Below are positions 51,002 through 63,213 of a stretch of DNA of 64,000 nt, piece after piece. Numbering within the stretch: the first letter of the stretch is position 1; each line of letters starts with the position of its first letter. The notes below the pieces were generated by a model. That model did not search any database and was not told the DNA's origin. It worked only from the letters and a program-made list of their open reading frames with translations. The stretch is from an uncultured Gemmatimonadales bacterium (GTDB lineage: Bacteria; Gemmatimonadota; Gemmatimonadetes; Longimicrobiales; RSA9). A program made the translations under genes and the position numbers. The stretch is from the NCBI GenBank assembly GCA_963798085.1, contig CAWCRS010000009.1:1-64000 (forward strand), read 5' to 3'.

Positions 51002-51659
51002 ATGCGGCGAGCATGGTATCTGGCAGGCTGGGGCTATGTCGCGGTTTCCGGCGCACTGGTGGTGCGGCACACACAGCATGCATCGCCTGCGCCCCGGCCG
51101 CTGCCGGCGGCCCCTTCGGCCGTGGTGATTCCACCTCTGAACATCCCCACCCGCAGGTCCGCCGCCCGCGCCGCCCGAGCCGTTGCGCCCGCCGATCGCG
51201 GTCACGACGGGTGATTCCTGGTTCGAGTCGGTGCGCCCGCGCTGCAACGCGCTGGAGGTCGAGCTGACCATGCAGAACAGCCCGCCGCCTGAAGGCTGGG
51301 AAGGGCAGGCGTGGGGCGCTTCGTGCTGGGCGGTCGCCGGAAGGCTGGACAAGGCGAAGCTCGTGCTGGATGCGCTGCCGGCGGACCAGCGCTATGCCGC
51401 GGCGGGCATCGTGTTCAACGTGGGCCACCCCATCGCGGATGCCGGCGATGATCGTTCGGCCGGTCCCATCATGCAGCTCGTCGTCGAGTATCAGCCGGAC
51501 AACTACATGGCGCTGTATCACGCGGGCATGTCCTACTACGCGGTAGGCGAGCCGGCGCTGGCGAAGAAGCATCTCGAAGACTTCCTGCAGCGCTACTCGG
51601 AGCAGGATGGCTGGCGCTCGAACGCGCTGGAAGTGCTGAAGCGGCTGAACGGCGGGTGA
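51002..51659 (+). CDS. Hypothetical TPR-containing protein; frameshift near 51182
   Basis: AAGGAG RBS, MRRAWYLAGWGYVAVSGALVV, Pro-rich linker, then in the next frame QPDNYMALYHAGMSYY...HLEDFLQRY. Confidence 0.7.
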
Positions 51660-51665
51660 GCGGCC

Positions 51666-52659
51666 ATGCGCATGACGAAGAGTGACCGTTGCCTGGTGTG
51701 CGGCGCTGCGGACGCGCTGGGCCTGGGCCTGTGCGCCGACTGCGCGGGGGGCCGTACGCGCCAGGATGTGCTGGTGTTCCTGCGCCGTTCCGGCGCCGCT
51801 GAGCGCGCGGACGCCCGCGACCGACTAACCGGCATGTTAGGAGATCGCGTGGACTCGCCCGATGGCCGGCGTGTGGTGCGCGGCGACCTGCCGCTGGTGC
51901 GGCTGGCGCCGGTCATCGCGCTGCACCTGGTCGATGCGCTGGAACAGCAGGGCCTGCACACGCGCACGGTAGCGGTGCGCCAGGCGTGGACGGCAATGCC
52001 GGGACACTTCTTCCTGCTGCTGCTGGCCATACCCTTCGTGGGCGGCATGGCGAGCGCTACGGGTGTGCCCGCCCTGGCCTGGGTGAGCCCGGCACTGGCC
52101 ATGGGAATGGTGCTGGTGGCGCAGCGCTCACTGCGGCCGCTGCTGCGGGCGCCGGCGGGCGGGGAGGCTGTCCCCCGCATTGACGCGGATCTGCTGGCCG
52201 CGCTGGCGCAGCTGCCGCCCGATGGGCGGGCCCGCGAGCTGCTGGCCGAGCTGCTGCGCATCTGCGCGCCCGCTGGCAGCGACGCTGGACAGCGAAGGCG
52301 ATCCGGGCGCCCTGCGGCCGTCTTTAACAGAATTGTTAGGGGCTGCGTCGGCCACGGCGCTGGAAGTCGACCGGCTGGAAGCGACGGCGCTGGTAGTGGG
52401 CTCGGAGCTGGAGAAGCGACCCGATGGCAGCGAAGCGCCGCGCATGCGCGAAGCCGTGACCCGCTGCAGCACGGCGGCCGGCACGGGAATACAGCGTCTG
52501 CTGGAGGCGGTAGCCGCGGTGGCAGGGATTGCGGGCAGGGCCGCGGCCCTGGACAGCGGCGCCTCTTCCCGGCTGGCGGCACTAACGCGCGATTTGCAGC
52601 AGGATGCGGAGCAGCGCGAGGCGGCGCTGCGCGAGGTGAATCAGCTGCTGCACACCTGA
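51666..52659 (+). CDS. Hypothetical membrane protein (CxxC...CxxC, two TM, helical C-terminus); frameshift near 52270
   Basis: CLVCG...CADC, TM pair HFFLLLLAIPFVGG / ALAWVSPALAMGMVLV; continues in ORF 52180-52659 ending AALREVNQLL. Confidence 0.65.
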
Positions 52660-52666
52660 AACGAGG

Positions 52667-53882
52667 TCAGCGGGGCGTCTCCAGCACCGGCTCCGGGGTG
52701 AAGTGCAGGGGCCGGCCATGCGCGCGCAGGGCGGGGTGCAGCGCCAGCGCCGTCGCCACCAGCAGCACCGGCGTGCACACGAGCGCGGCACTGCGTGCGC
52801 CCACGACATCACCCATGACACCCGCGCCCAGCACGCCCATTGCGCCGGTGGCCCAGGCCAGGCCCATCACGATACCGGACCCCACGGCGGCGCCCGACGG
52901 CATGATCTCCTGCGCCATGACCACGATGGGCGGGAGTAGTGCCATGCCCGTGCAGCCGGCTGCGAACGCGGCCATCAGCGCGAGCGCGGAACCGGCGGGC
53001 AGGGCCACGGCCATCAGGTGCGCGGGCAGCGAGAGCGCGGTCAGCGAGGCGAGCGCCGTGCGCCGGTCCGCGCGATCCGCGAGCATGCCGCCCAGCAGAC
53101 TCCCCGCGGCCTGGCCGGCCAGGTACGATGCTCAGCATGAGGGCACCCACCGCCTCTGATGCGCCGGCCGTGCTCGCCGCAATCGGCTCCATGGTGAGAT
53201 AGACCCGTTGCACGAAGGCGCTGATGGCGCTGACGCCGAACAGCAGACCCAGCGGTCCGCGCAGCAGTCGCAGGATGCCGCGCAGATCCGGTGGACTCGC
53301 GCTGCGCTGCGCGTGGGAGGGTGGCAGAATCAGGAAGAGCAGCGGTGCTGCCACGAGCGCGGGCAGCATGGCGAGCCACATGTGACCCAGACCCAGCCAT
53401 GACGCGAGACCCACTGCGATGAGCGGGCCCGCCGCGTACCCTGTGGAGCCGCCGAACGAGAATACGGAATAGCGCAGCCCGCTGCCGCCCCGGCCCAGCC
53501 GCGTGGCAATGGAGGCGCCCGTGGGATGGAACGCCGCACTGCCCAGCCCGCCGAATGCGAGCAACAGCAACAGCATGCCGAACCCCGGCGCCACGCCGAT
53601 CAGCGAGAGGAACACACCGGACAGCAACGGACCGATCGCCACCAGCGCGCGCGCATCGCGCCGGTCCGCCACCCAGCCCATCAGCGGCTGCAGCAGAGAG
53701 GACGCGACCGACAGCGTGGTCGTGAGCACGGCGGCCAGCGCGATCGACAGCCCGAGCTTCTGCATGATGCGTGGCAGGAGCGGATGCAGGAACGCCGAGT
53801 ACGCATCGACGATGCCATGCGCCGTCGCCACCATGATGGTGAGCGCAATCGCGTGCTGCATCCCGTTCCTGGTGCGGGACAT
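52667..53882 (-). CDS. MFS transporter, Fsr-like; frameshift near 53125
   Basis: AHGIVDAYSAFLHPLLP, LQPLMGWVADR, GSAAFHP, FSFGGSTGYAAGPL, VVMAQEIMP...SGIVMGLAW. Confidence 0.88.
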
Positions 53883-53999
53883 GTGCTGCCTGTCTGCAAG
53901 TCCTGGCCTCGCCGTTGGGAGCGGAGGTTCGACAGCGCGGCAAGAGACGCTGTCCAGACCAGGTTGTCCACCCCTTGTCGCCCGGTGGAGCTGGCCCCC

Positions 54000-54031
54000 A
54001 AAAAAGGCCCCGGAGCTTTCGCTCCGGGGCC
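54000..54031 (-). terminator. Intrinsic terminator of the OmpA-family gene
   Basis: Minus strand GGCCCCGGAGC-GAAA-GCTCCGGGGCC-TTTTTT. Confidence 0.9.
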
Positions 54032-54064
54032 GAAGGCGCCTCCGCCACCTGACTGATGGGAAGT

Positions 54065-54754
54065 TCAGTTCGTGACGGGTCGCACAGCCAGCGGGTCACC
54101 CGAGTAGTCGATGACGAGCGAAACGCGACGATTCTGCATGCCATCCGCGCCCGGTCCCTTGGCACCCGGCACGATCTGGCGATCCCGCGATTCTCCGTAG
54201 CTCACGACCTTCAGGGCGTCACCCGAAAGACCCTGCTGCACCAGATAATCCTTCACGGCGCTCGCCCGCTTCTGGCCCAGCCGCATGTTGTACGCGGTGC
54301 TGCCTGCCGGATCCGCGAACCCCTCGACCGTGACCACTGCGTTGGGATAGAAGTCCTTCACGACGCTCGCGAACTTCGTCAGCACCGGCTGATCCTGCTG
54401 CCGCAGGTCGGCGCTGTTGAACTCGAAATTCACGGGAACGTCGAAGGACAGCTGTCCCTTGAGCTGCTCGATCTGCGCGTTGAAGTCGCTGCGCAGCGTC
54501 TGCAGCTCCTGCTCGAGCGCGGCCGTCTTCTGCTCGAGCGATGACACGCGACCGTCCATCGCCGTGACTTTCTGATCCACCTGGGCCGTCTGCGCCTGCG
54601 ACGCCTGATCGCCAGACTGCATTTCCTGGCGAAGCTGCGCCATTTGCGCGTCCATGTCCTTGCGCTTGGCGTAGCCACAGCCGGTCATGCCGACCAGCAT
54701 CAGCACCAGTGCGCCCCGTCCTGCAATGACCAGACTGTTCCTGCGTGCCAACAT
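54065..54754 (-). CDS. OmpA-family lipoprotein with N-terminal coiled coil
   Basis: Lipobox MTGC; VNFEFNSADL, VEGFADPAGSTAYNMRLGQKRASAV, VSYGE, NRRV. GGAGG RBS. Confidence 0.93.
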   Translation of the reverse strand: MLARRNSLVIAGRGALVLMLVGMTGCGYAKRKDMDAQMAQLRQEMQSGDQASQAQTAQVDQKVTAMDGRVSSLEQKTAALEQELQTLRSDFNAQIEQLKGQLSFDVPVNFEFNSADLRQQDQPVLTKFASVVKDFYPNAVVTVEGFADPAGSTAYNMRLGQKRASAVKDYLVQQGLSGDALKVVSYGESRDRQIVPGAKGPGADGMQNRRVSLVIDYSGDPLAVRPVTN

Positions 54755-54913
54755 TCTCGCACCTCCGTCAACATCGTCGAGTGAGAACCATCGCCCGCGC
54801 TGCCCTGACCCGAGCCGCCGTATTCCCGGGCGCGCAGCCGTTGCCGGAATCCCCGTTGTTCCGACGCGGGCGCAACGCCCGGGCTCGCGGTCGAAACGTC
54901 GAGAATCGGGTTA

Positions 54914-54963
54914 TGCAAGCAGCATGCCCTGTCCGCCAAATCATTGTTAGTGAAATACTTACA
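54914..54963 (-). promoter_or_regulatory. Candidate sigma54 promoter with upstream IHF-like site
   Basis: Minus strand GGGCAT-GCTGC-TTGCA (54929-54914), preceded by TAAGTATTTCACTAACAATGATTT. Confidence 0.65.
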
Positions 54964-55265
54964 TGATGGACTCAAAAACAGGACAGGCAAGCCGCTCGGG
55001 CCCGGCAACGTCGGGCGTGAGGCCGCTCTCCGGCATGGCAACCGTAACCTGAGTTCCATGCCGCCGGCCCGAGGCGAGACGATCGCCCGCGCCGTATGCG
55101 GCGAGGCAGGCGGTGCCACGGTCCGCGGTGGGAACCTGCGCCTCGCCTCCGTACATTAAAAGACCAGCCGCGCCAGATGAGAAGTCATGATCAAGCCGGA
55201 ACTTCAAGCCCGGCCGGCAGTCTGTCCGGGCAATCGACCGTTCACCCGGAACCGCGAAGGGTGTC

Positions 55266-56186
55266 ATGCTGATCCTGAGATCCACGGGCATTCGCTCATC
55301 CGAGATCACTCCCGAATCCGTGTACCTGGACCGGCGCCGGTTTCTGGGTACGGCCGCGCTGGGCGCTGCGGCCGCGGTGCTGGGCGGTGCCAGCCCGCTG
55401 CTGGCGGAAGGGCAGCAGGGGCAGGACAAGCCCAACACCTGGGAGGACATCACCACCTACAACAACTTCTACGAGTTCGGGACCGGGAAAGGCGATCCGG
55501 CGGAGAACGCACACACGCTGAAGCCTCGACCGTGGACCGTTGTGGTGGAGGGTCTGTGCGCGAAGCCGGCGACCTACCAGCTCGAGGACTTCATCAAGCC
55601 CTTCACGCTCGAGGATCGCGTGTACCGCCATCGGTGCGTGGAAGCCTGGTCCATGGTGATCCCGTGGCGAGGCTTTCCACTGCGCAACGTGATCGAGCGG
55701 GCACAGCCCACGAGCGACCGCGAAGTACGTGGAGTTCATCACGCTGCTGGATCCGGTGCAGATGCCCGGCGAGCGCAGAGGTGTCCTGGACTGGCCCTAC
55801 AACGAGGGTCTGCGACTCGATGAGGCCATGCATCCGCTGGCGCTGCTCGTGACCGGGCTGTACGGCAAGGATCTGCCGAACCAGAACGGCGCGCCGCTAC
55901 GTCTGCACGTGCCCTGGAAGTACGGCTTCAAGAGCATCAAGTCGATCGTGAAGATCCGCTTCGTCGAACAGCAGCCGAACACCGCATGGATGAAGGCGGC
56001 GTCGAACGAGTACGGCTTCTACGCGAACGTGAATCCGAACGTGGACCACCCGCGCTGGAGCCAGAAGACGGAGCGTCGCATTGGCGAAGGTCTGTTCGCG
56101 CGGCGGCAGCCGACGCTGATGTTCAACGGCTATGCGGATCAGGTGGCGCAGATGTACAGGGCATGGACCTGAGGAAGTTCTTCTGA
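55266..56186 (+). CDS. msrP: Protein-methionine-sulfoxide reductase catalytic subunit; frameshifted
   Basis: [16 protein letters not shown] (Tat), [60 protein letters not shown]. Confidence 0.95.
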
Positions 56187-56232
56187 GCGTGGCAACGGGA
56201 ACGCGCACCGCACCTGCCGATCAGCCTCAGTC

Positions 56233-56891
56233 ATGAAGTCCGCCACACTCGTCCGGCGGCGTGCTCAAGCCGCTGCTCTGGGTCGGCTGTCTCACGCCAC
56301 TCGGCATTCTCATCGTGCGCGGGTTCCGCCAGGATCTCACCGCGAATCCGGTCGAGATGGTGGACGAACTGGACCGGGTACAGCGCGCTCACGCTTCTGC
56401 TGGTGACGCTGGCGGTCACGCCGTTGCGGCGGCTCAGCGGGTGGAACGACGCTGATCAGGCTGCGCCGCCTCACCGGCCTGTTCGCTTTCTTCTACGTCT
56501 GCCTGCATTTCCTGACCTACATCGTGCTGGACCAGTTCTTCTACGTGGCGAACGATTGTCGAGGACGTCGACGAAGCGGCCGTACATCACGGTCGGTTTC
56601 ACGGCGTTCCTGCTGCTGCTGCCGCTGGCGTTCACGTCGACACGGGAGCTGGATCCGCCGGCTGGGCAGGCGCTGGCAGACACTGCACCGCCTGGTGTAC
56701 GTGGCCGCGTCGCTGGGCGTGATGCATTTCTATCTGGAAGGTCAAGCTGGACACGCGAGAGCCGCTCATCTTCGCCGGCGTCCTGCAGCGCTGTTAGGCT
56801 TCCGCCTGGCGTGGCGGCTGCTGTCCCGCGGCGAGCGTGCCCGTGCCCGCCCGCTCGCGCCCGCACCGGCATGGTGGCTGCCGTCGATTGA
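56233..56891 (+). CDS. msrQ: Methionine-sulfoxide reductase heme-binding membrane subunit; frameshifted
   Basis: LTANPVE, TLAVTPLRRL, KRPYITVGFTAFLLLLPLAFTST, LGRRWQTLHRLVY; follows msrP; ends approximate. Confidence 0.88.
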
Positions 56892-57009
56892 CCGGACTCG
56901 CGCATCCGCTCCTTGCGAGGCCGGGACTGCGATGCTTGTTCGACGTGCCCGGCGGCGCTCCGGCGTTGGCGCGGGTGCCGTTGCCGTGTTTCCTTCCGGA
57001 GGTCGACTC

Positions 57010-60000
57010 ATGCACCGCCCGCTGAAGTTCGCTCTGGTCCTTCTGCCAGGAATGGCCATTGGCCATGCGCTCGCGCCCGCATCCGCGCAGGCGCAGGGAG
57101 CGCGTCCACCGATGATGTCGGCGGTGGACAGCGCGTTCTTCCGAGGACTCCAATACCGACTCGTCGGGCCCTCACGCGGCGGGCGCGTCACCACGGTGAC
57201 CGGCGTGCCCTCGCAGCCCCGCACCTTCTATATGGGGGTCGCCTGCGGCGGGCTCTTCCGCACCATGGACGGCGGCGAGACGCTGGGGCCCGATCACGGA
57301 CGGCAAGGTGCCGGTCGGCTCCTCCGGCTCGGTCGCGGTCGCGGAGTCGGACCCGAACATCATCTGGTACGGCACGGGCTCCGACGGCGTCCGCAGCAAC
57401 GTCTCCACCGGACGCGGGGTGTACCGCTCCACCGACGGCGGGAAGACCTGGTCATTCGCGGGGCTGTACAACGCCGGCCAGATCGGCGCGGTGCGCATCC
57501 ACCCCACGGACCCGAACACGGCCTGGGTCGCGGCCTACGGCGACGCGTTCTCGAAGAACGCCGAGCGCGGGATCTTCAAGACGACGGACGGCGGGAAGAC
57601 GTGGCGCAAGACGCTCTATCGTCTCGGACTCGGTCGGCGCCATGGACGTCGAACTCCAACCGGGGAACCCATACGTCGTCTACGCCTGGATGGGCCGGCT
57701 GGAGCGGAAGCCGTGGACGATCATCAGCGGCGCCGCCGCGAGGGCGGCTTCTACAAGAGCACCGACGGCGGCGACACTGGACGCAAGATCATGACGGCGG
57801 CTCCCGTCGAGCTGATCGGCAAAGGGAACCTGGCGGTCACGGCGGCCAATCCGCAGTCGCATCTACGCGCTCGTCGAGGCCAAGCCGGGCGGCGGGCTCT
57901 ATCGCTCGGATGACGCGGGACAGTCATGGTCGCTGGTCAATTCCAGCGGCGCGCTGATGCAGCGGCCCTTCTATTACATGACGCTCGGCGCCGATCCCAC
58001 CAACGCGGACGTCGTCTACGGCGGCGCCGAGGGGTTCTACAAGTCGACCGACGGCGGGAAGACGATGACGCCGATGCGCACGCCGCATGGCGACAACCAC
58101 GACATCTGGATCAACCCGCGCGACGGGAACACGATGATCCAGTCGAACGACGGCGGCGCCAACGTCTCGTTCGACGGCGGCGCGCACGTGGTCGACGCAG
58201 ATGAACCAGCCGACGTCGGAGATCTACGGCGTCTGGATGGACGACGAGTTTCCGTACCGCATCTACGGCGCGCAGCAGGACGCGACGACGGTCATCCTGA
58301 TCGTCGGTCGCCAACCCGTACTCGCGCGGCGACTGGCGCAGCGGGCCGGGGTGCGAGACGGGGCCGATCATGCCGCACCCGGAGAATCCGCAACATGGTC
58401 TACGGCGCGTGCAAGGGCCAGTTCGGACGATGAACATGAAGACGGAGCAGCAGAAGAACTACTGGGTGGGCGCGCAGTCGCTGTACGGCAACCCGGCAGC
58501 GGACCTGATCTACCGCTTCCAGCGCGTGTCCCCGATGGAGACGTCGCCCAACGATCCGAAGGTGGTGTACTACGGCTCGCAGTACCTGCACCGCTCGCGC
58601 GACAAGGGGGTCACGTGGGAGAAGATCTCGCCCGACCTCACCGCGCATCCGGCGTGTTGCCAGGGCGCGAGCGGCGAGCCGATCACGCGCGACGTCACGG
58701 GCGAGGAGTTCTACAGCACGCTCTACGCGATCACCGAGTCGCCGCTGCGAGCCGGGCGTGATCTGGACGGGCTCCAACGACGGGCCCGTTCTTCCTCACG
58801 CGCGACAACGGCAAGACGTGGAAGAACATCACGCCGAAGGACCTCCCCGAGGCGGCCGCGTCGCCTGGATCGACGCCTCGCCGCACCGCCGGGGCTCGGC
58901 CTACTACGCGGTCTACCGCTACCTGCTCGGCGACTTCGCGCCGTACATCTACCGGACGGACGACTACGGCGCGACGTGGAAGCGGCTCACCGACGGGAAG
59001 AACGGCATCCCGGCCGACTGGCCCACGCGCGTGGTGCGCGAGGACCCGGACCGCGAGGGACTGCTCTACGCGGGCACGGAGTTCGGGCTGTTCATCTCGT
59101 TCGACAACGGCGGGCACTGGCAGCCGTTCCAGCTCGAACATGCCGAACGTGCCGATCAACGACATCAAGGTCTACCAGAAGGATCTGGTGGTCGCGACGC
59201 AGGGGCGCGCGATCTGGATGCTGGACGACCTGACGCCGCTGCACCAGCTGACGCCGCAGCTGGCGGCGACGGCGGCGCACCTGTTCAAGCCGCGCGACGG
59301 TTACCGCACGCGCACCGGGGCGAACATTCTGGGTCGCTGCCATGGAGTATTTCCTCCCCGGCGCTCGACGGGCTCTGTGACGCTGGACATCCTCGACAGC
59401 GGCGGCAAACTGATCCAGTCCTACAACAGCGAGGCGCCTCCTCCGTCCGGTGGCGGTCGCCGTGGTGGCGGCGGCGGTGGGGGTGGTGAGGAAGAAGGCG
59501 GCGGTGGTGGCGGGTTCGGCCGCGGTGGCTCAGCGGCAGGCCTCAATCGCGTGACGAAGAGCGCGGGCATGAACCGGTTCGTGTGGGATCCGCGTTACCC
59601 GGGTCCGCTGAGCGCGCAGGGCAGGCCCGCGGGCAACGGCCCCGTCGCGCCACCGGGACAGTACACAGCGAAGTTGACGGTGGGCGACGTGGTGCAGACG
59701 CAGTCGTTCACTCTGCTCATCGATCCGCGCATTGCCGCCGAGGGCATTACCATTGCCGATCTGCGTGCGCAGTTCGACCACAACATGAAGACGCGCGATC
59801 TGGTGAGCGATGTGAATCGCGTGGTGGCGCGCGTCGAAGCGGCGCAGAAGCGCCTGGCCAGCGCCGGCGGTGCGGCCGCCGACACCGCGAAGCAGCTCGA
59901 GCCCATCGCCGACGAACTGCTGACGCCGCCCATCCGCTACAGCAAGCCGGGGCTGCGCGACCACATCACGTACCTCAACGGCATGACCAACAGCGTGGAC

Positions 60001-60125
60001 CAGAAAGTCGGCCGCGACGCCATCGAGCGCTATCAGACACTGCGCAAGGAACTGGATGACATGAAGGCGAAGCTGAACCGCGTGCTCGGTCCGGAAAGGC
60101 GCAGGGCGGGAATCGCGGGACCTGA
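57010..60125 (+). CDS. Large secreted VPS10/BNR-repeat protein; heavily frameshifted
   Basis: YRLVGPSRGGRVTTVTGVP, GRGVYRSTDGGKTW, PHGDNHDIWINP, SNDGGANVS, VREDPDREGLLYAGTEFG, DLVVATQGRAIW, GMNRFVWD; 3' end approximate. Confidence 0.85.
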
Positions 60126-60176
60126 GGGAGTGTGCGGCTGCCGGGTGAGCCGGCGGCGGCAGCCAACACGGTCCGA

Positions 60177-62861
60177 CTATAGCTCCTCCCGCAGGGCCAG
60201 GGCCGGGTCGGCGCGCATGGCACGTATGGCGGGCCAGGCGCCGGCCAGCAGCGCTGCGAACAGCAGTGTCAGCAGTGCGCCGGCAAAGGTGACGGGGTCG
60301 TGGGCGGAGGTGTGGAACAGCAGCGACTGGGCAACGCGGCCGAGCGCCAGCGCCGCCACGACGCCGATGGCAATGCCGGCGCAGGTCACGGCCAGTGATC
60401 GGCCGGCCACGGTCTGCAGCAGCTGCGGATTGCTGGCGCCCAGCGCTTTGCGCACGCTCAGCTCGAAGCGACGCTGCGCCACATCGAAGGAAACCACACC
60501 GTAGAATCCCGCGCCGGCGACCAGCAGCGCCAGTGCGCTGAAGAGGCTGAGCAGTGTCGCGCCCAGGCGCCAGGAGACCATCTGCTGTTCGACACGGTCC
60601 GCCAGCAGGCTGACGTTCGCGTAGCGAACGCCGGGAATGGCGCGCGCCAGCTCCTGCAGTCGCGGGACCAGCGCTGCCAGGCTCGCCGCGTGGCTTCACC
60701 AGCACCATCCTCGCCGAGGACGGCCCGGCAGCGGGATGGTGCGGAGTCACGTAGTAGGTGTCGAACGCCTGTCGTGATGCGTCGGCGAGTGTGGCGATGC
60801 GATCACTCACGATGCCGACGACGGTCGTGCAGGACGGCGTTTCCTTGCCCTTCACGAACAGGAGGCACTCGCCCAGCGCATCGCGGCCGGGCCACACCGA
60901 CTTCGCCATGCCTTCACTGACCACGACGACGGGTGGGGCCGATGCCTGATCGTCCGCATCGGTGAGGGTGCGGCCGCGCACGAGCCGCATGCCCATGGTG
61001 GTGAAGTAGTCTCTGGTCGCGGCGTAAAATGCCGGGCCTTCCGGCCCTACCGCGATGGAGTCCGGACCGGGCAGATCGATCTGCAGTGCCCACACGCCGC
61101 TGAACGGCAGGATCGACGTGATGGCAGCACTGGCGACGGTGGGCTCGGTGCGCAGCCGGTCGAGCAGTGCGTACGTGGGTGCCGCCGCCTCCTCCCCGGA
61201 CACGGTTTCCGCTTCCATCTCGAGGCTCACCGCCAGCACATTGCGGGAGAAGCCGTAATCGAGTGTTTGGGCGGTGCGCAGGCTGCGCAGAAAGAGGCCG
61301 GCGCCGATCAGCAGCACGACCGAGAGCGCGGCCTGCGCACCCAGCAGGCCGCGGCGGACGAGCGCCAGCCGGCGGGTGCCGCCGCGGGCACGCAGCGCTT
61401 CCACCACATCGACGCGACTGCGCATGGCGGGGAGCAGGCTCGTGAGAATCGCGGCGAGGGTGACGAACAGCGTCGTCGCCCACACGGTGCGCCCGCCCAC
61501 CGCGATCACATTGCCGGCATCGGGCAGCAGGGTGCGGATGAGCACGGGTCCGGTCAGGCCGGCCAGCAGCAGGGCCACGCCGCCGCCAATGGCCGCCATG
61601 ACCAGCGTCTGCACCATGATCTGCGTGACCAGGCGGGTGCGGCTCATGCCCAGGGCGCTCTGCACCGCGTGCCGGCGCCGGCGCTGGATGGAGTGGGCTA
61701 ACAGCAGGTTCGTGACATTGGCGCAGGCAATGAGCAGCACCAGCAGCGCCACCCCGCCCAGCGCGGCGGTGACCCTCGCCTCACGCGAGGGCTGGGGCCC
61801 GCGGCCGGGAACCAGGGAGGCGAGCACCACGCGGCTGTCCGCGTAGAAGTTGCGCGTCTTCTGACGACCCAGCCGGTACTTCGCGGTCGCTTCCTCCTGG
61901 GCCGCCAGCGGGGAAACGCCATCGTCCAGGCGCGCCAGCGCCGAGTACCAGTACCAGCCCCACTGCGTGGCCCAGTCGGGGCCCGATTCGATGGCCTCGG
62001 CGGTACGCATGGGAATCCACACATCGCTGGGGGCCAGCTCGGTACCCGCAAACCCGCGCGGCCCGATGCCGACCACCGTGTAACGGCCGCGCCCCAACTC
62101 GAGGTTAGTGCCGAGCACGCCGGGGTCACCGCCGAACTGCCGCTGCCAGAAGCCGTAACTCAGCACTGCGGCGGGCTCGGGCGCGCCAATGCGGTCCTCG
62201 TCTTCACGATAGAAGCGACCCAGCGCGGGCTTCAGTCCCAGCACCGGGAAGTACGCGGCGCCGGCAAACTCCGCCTTCACACGCCGGCTGCTCCGCCACG
62301 GCCCAGCGTGAGGTCCTGCTGGGCGTGACCGGCGACCGCGGCGAAAGCACGCGTCTGCTCGAACGCGGCGAGGTCGGGATACGCCAGCGCGCGCAGATAA
62401 CCGGGGGCGCTGGCAAACGGCGACTTGCCGTAAATGTAGATCGCCCGCACACGCTCGGCGCCGCGCACGCCTGGCGGGGGACTGAGCAGAAGCCGGTCGA
62501 GAATCGAGAACATCATGACGTTGGCGCCAATGCCGAGCCCCAGCGTCACAGCCACCGCGGCCACGAAGCCGGGCTGGCGCGTCACCTGGCGAACGGCGTG
62601 TCCCAGCTCCTGCGCGGCGGCAGCAGACAGCACGCGCAGCCGCCGGCCGTCGTTCTCGCCTTCCCAGCGCACCTGCAGGCCGGTCACGAAGACATCCCAC
62701 AGCAGCGGAGCCCAGAAGCGCATGCCGCGCGCGCGCGCCGCACCACCCACGCGCTGCACGTGCGAGGCCAGCACCTCGGCGCGGTAGCGCGCGCGGAACC
62801 AGCGCGGCAGCCAGCGACTGATCGCGCGCCAGAGCAGCGAAGCTGCGGGATCGCGCACCAT
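60177..62861 (-). CDS. ABC transporter permease, ADOP-type; frameshifts near 62290 and 60680
   Basis: TLGLGIGANVMMFSILDRLLL, LLIACANVTNLLLA, QAALSVVLLIGAGLFLRSL, FYGVVSFDVAQRRFELSVRKALGA, RAMRADPALALREE. Confidence 0.9.
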
Positions 62862-63193
62862 CAGGCACCGCCCTTCAGTTCGCGGAGCAATGACGACTGG
62901 CGCAGCACCGCTGCGTACATGCCCAGATCCGCGGCCGCGACCCGCCGTCCTTTCGGCGTGATCCTGAAGTAGCGGCGTCGCTCATCCGCATCCGCTTCTC
63001 CCGCGGGCGCGGCCGACTCGGTCACCAGTCCCGCGGTCTCCAGCCGGTGCAGCACGCGATAGAGATTGCCGGGCCGGACGCGCATGCGCCCATCCGTGAT
63101 CTCGGCAATGCGCAGCACCAGCCCGTAGCCGTGCAGTGCGCCATCACTCAGTGCTGCCAGTGTCACCACCTCAATGGGTCGGAGGTCCGCCAT
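62861..63193 (-). CDS. PadR family regulator
   Basis: LAALSDGALHGYGL...VRPGNLYRVLHRLETAGLV...DERRRYFRITPKGR; TGATG overlap with the permease start. Confidence 0.92.
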   Translation of the reverse strand: MADLRPIEVVTLAALSDGALHGYGLVLRIAEITDGRMRVRPGNLYRVLHRLETAGLVTESAAPAGEADADERRRYFRITPKGRRVAAADLGMYAAVLRQSSLLRELKGGA

Positions 63194-63213
63194 GTCAGCC
63201 TCGCTGTCGTCTG

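Noticed and set aside
59530..62868. 1112 aa ORF as a single protein
   Set aside because: Composite of wrong-frame ends and the correct middle of the frameshifted permease; the tail is antisense to the VPS10 gene.
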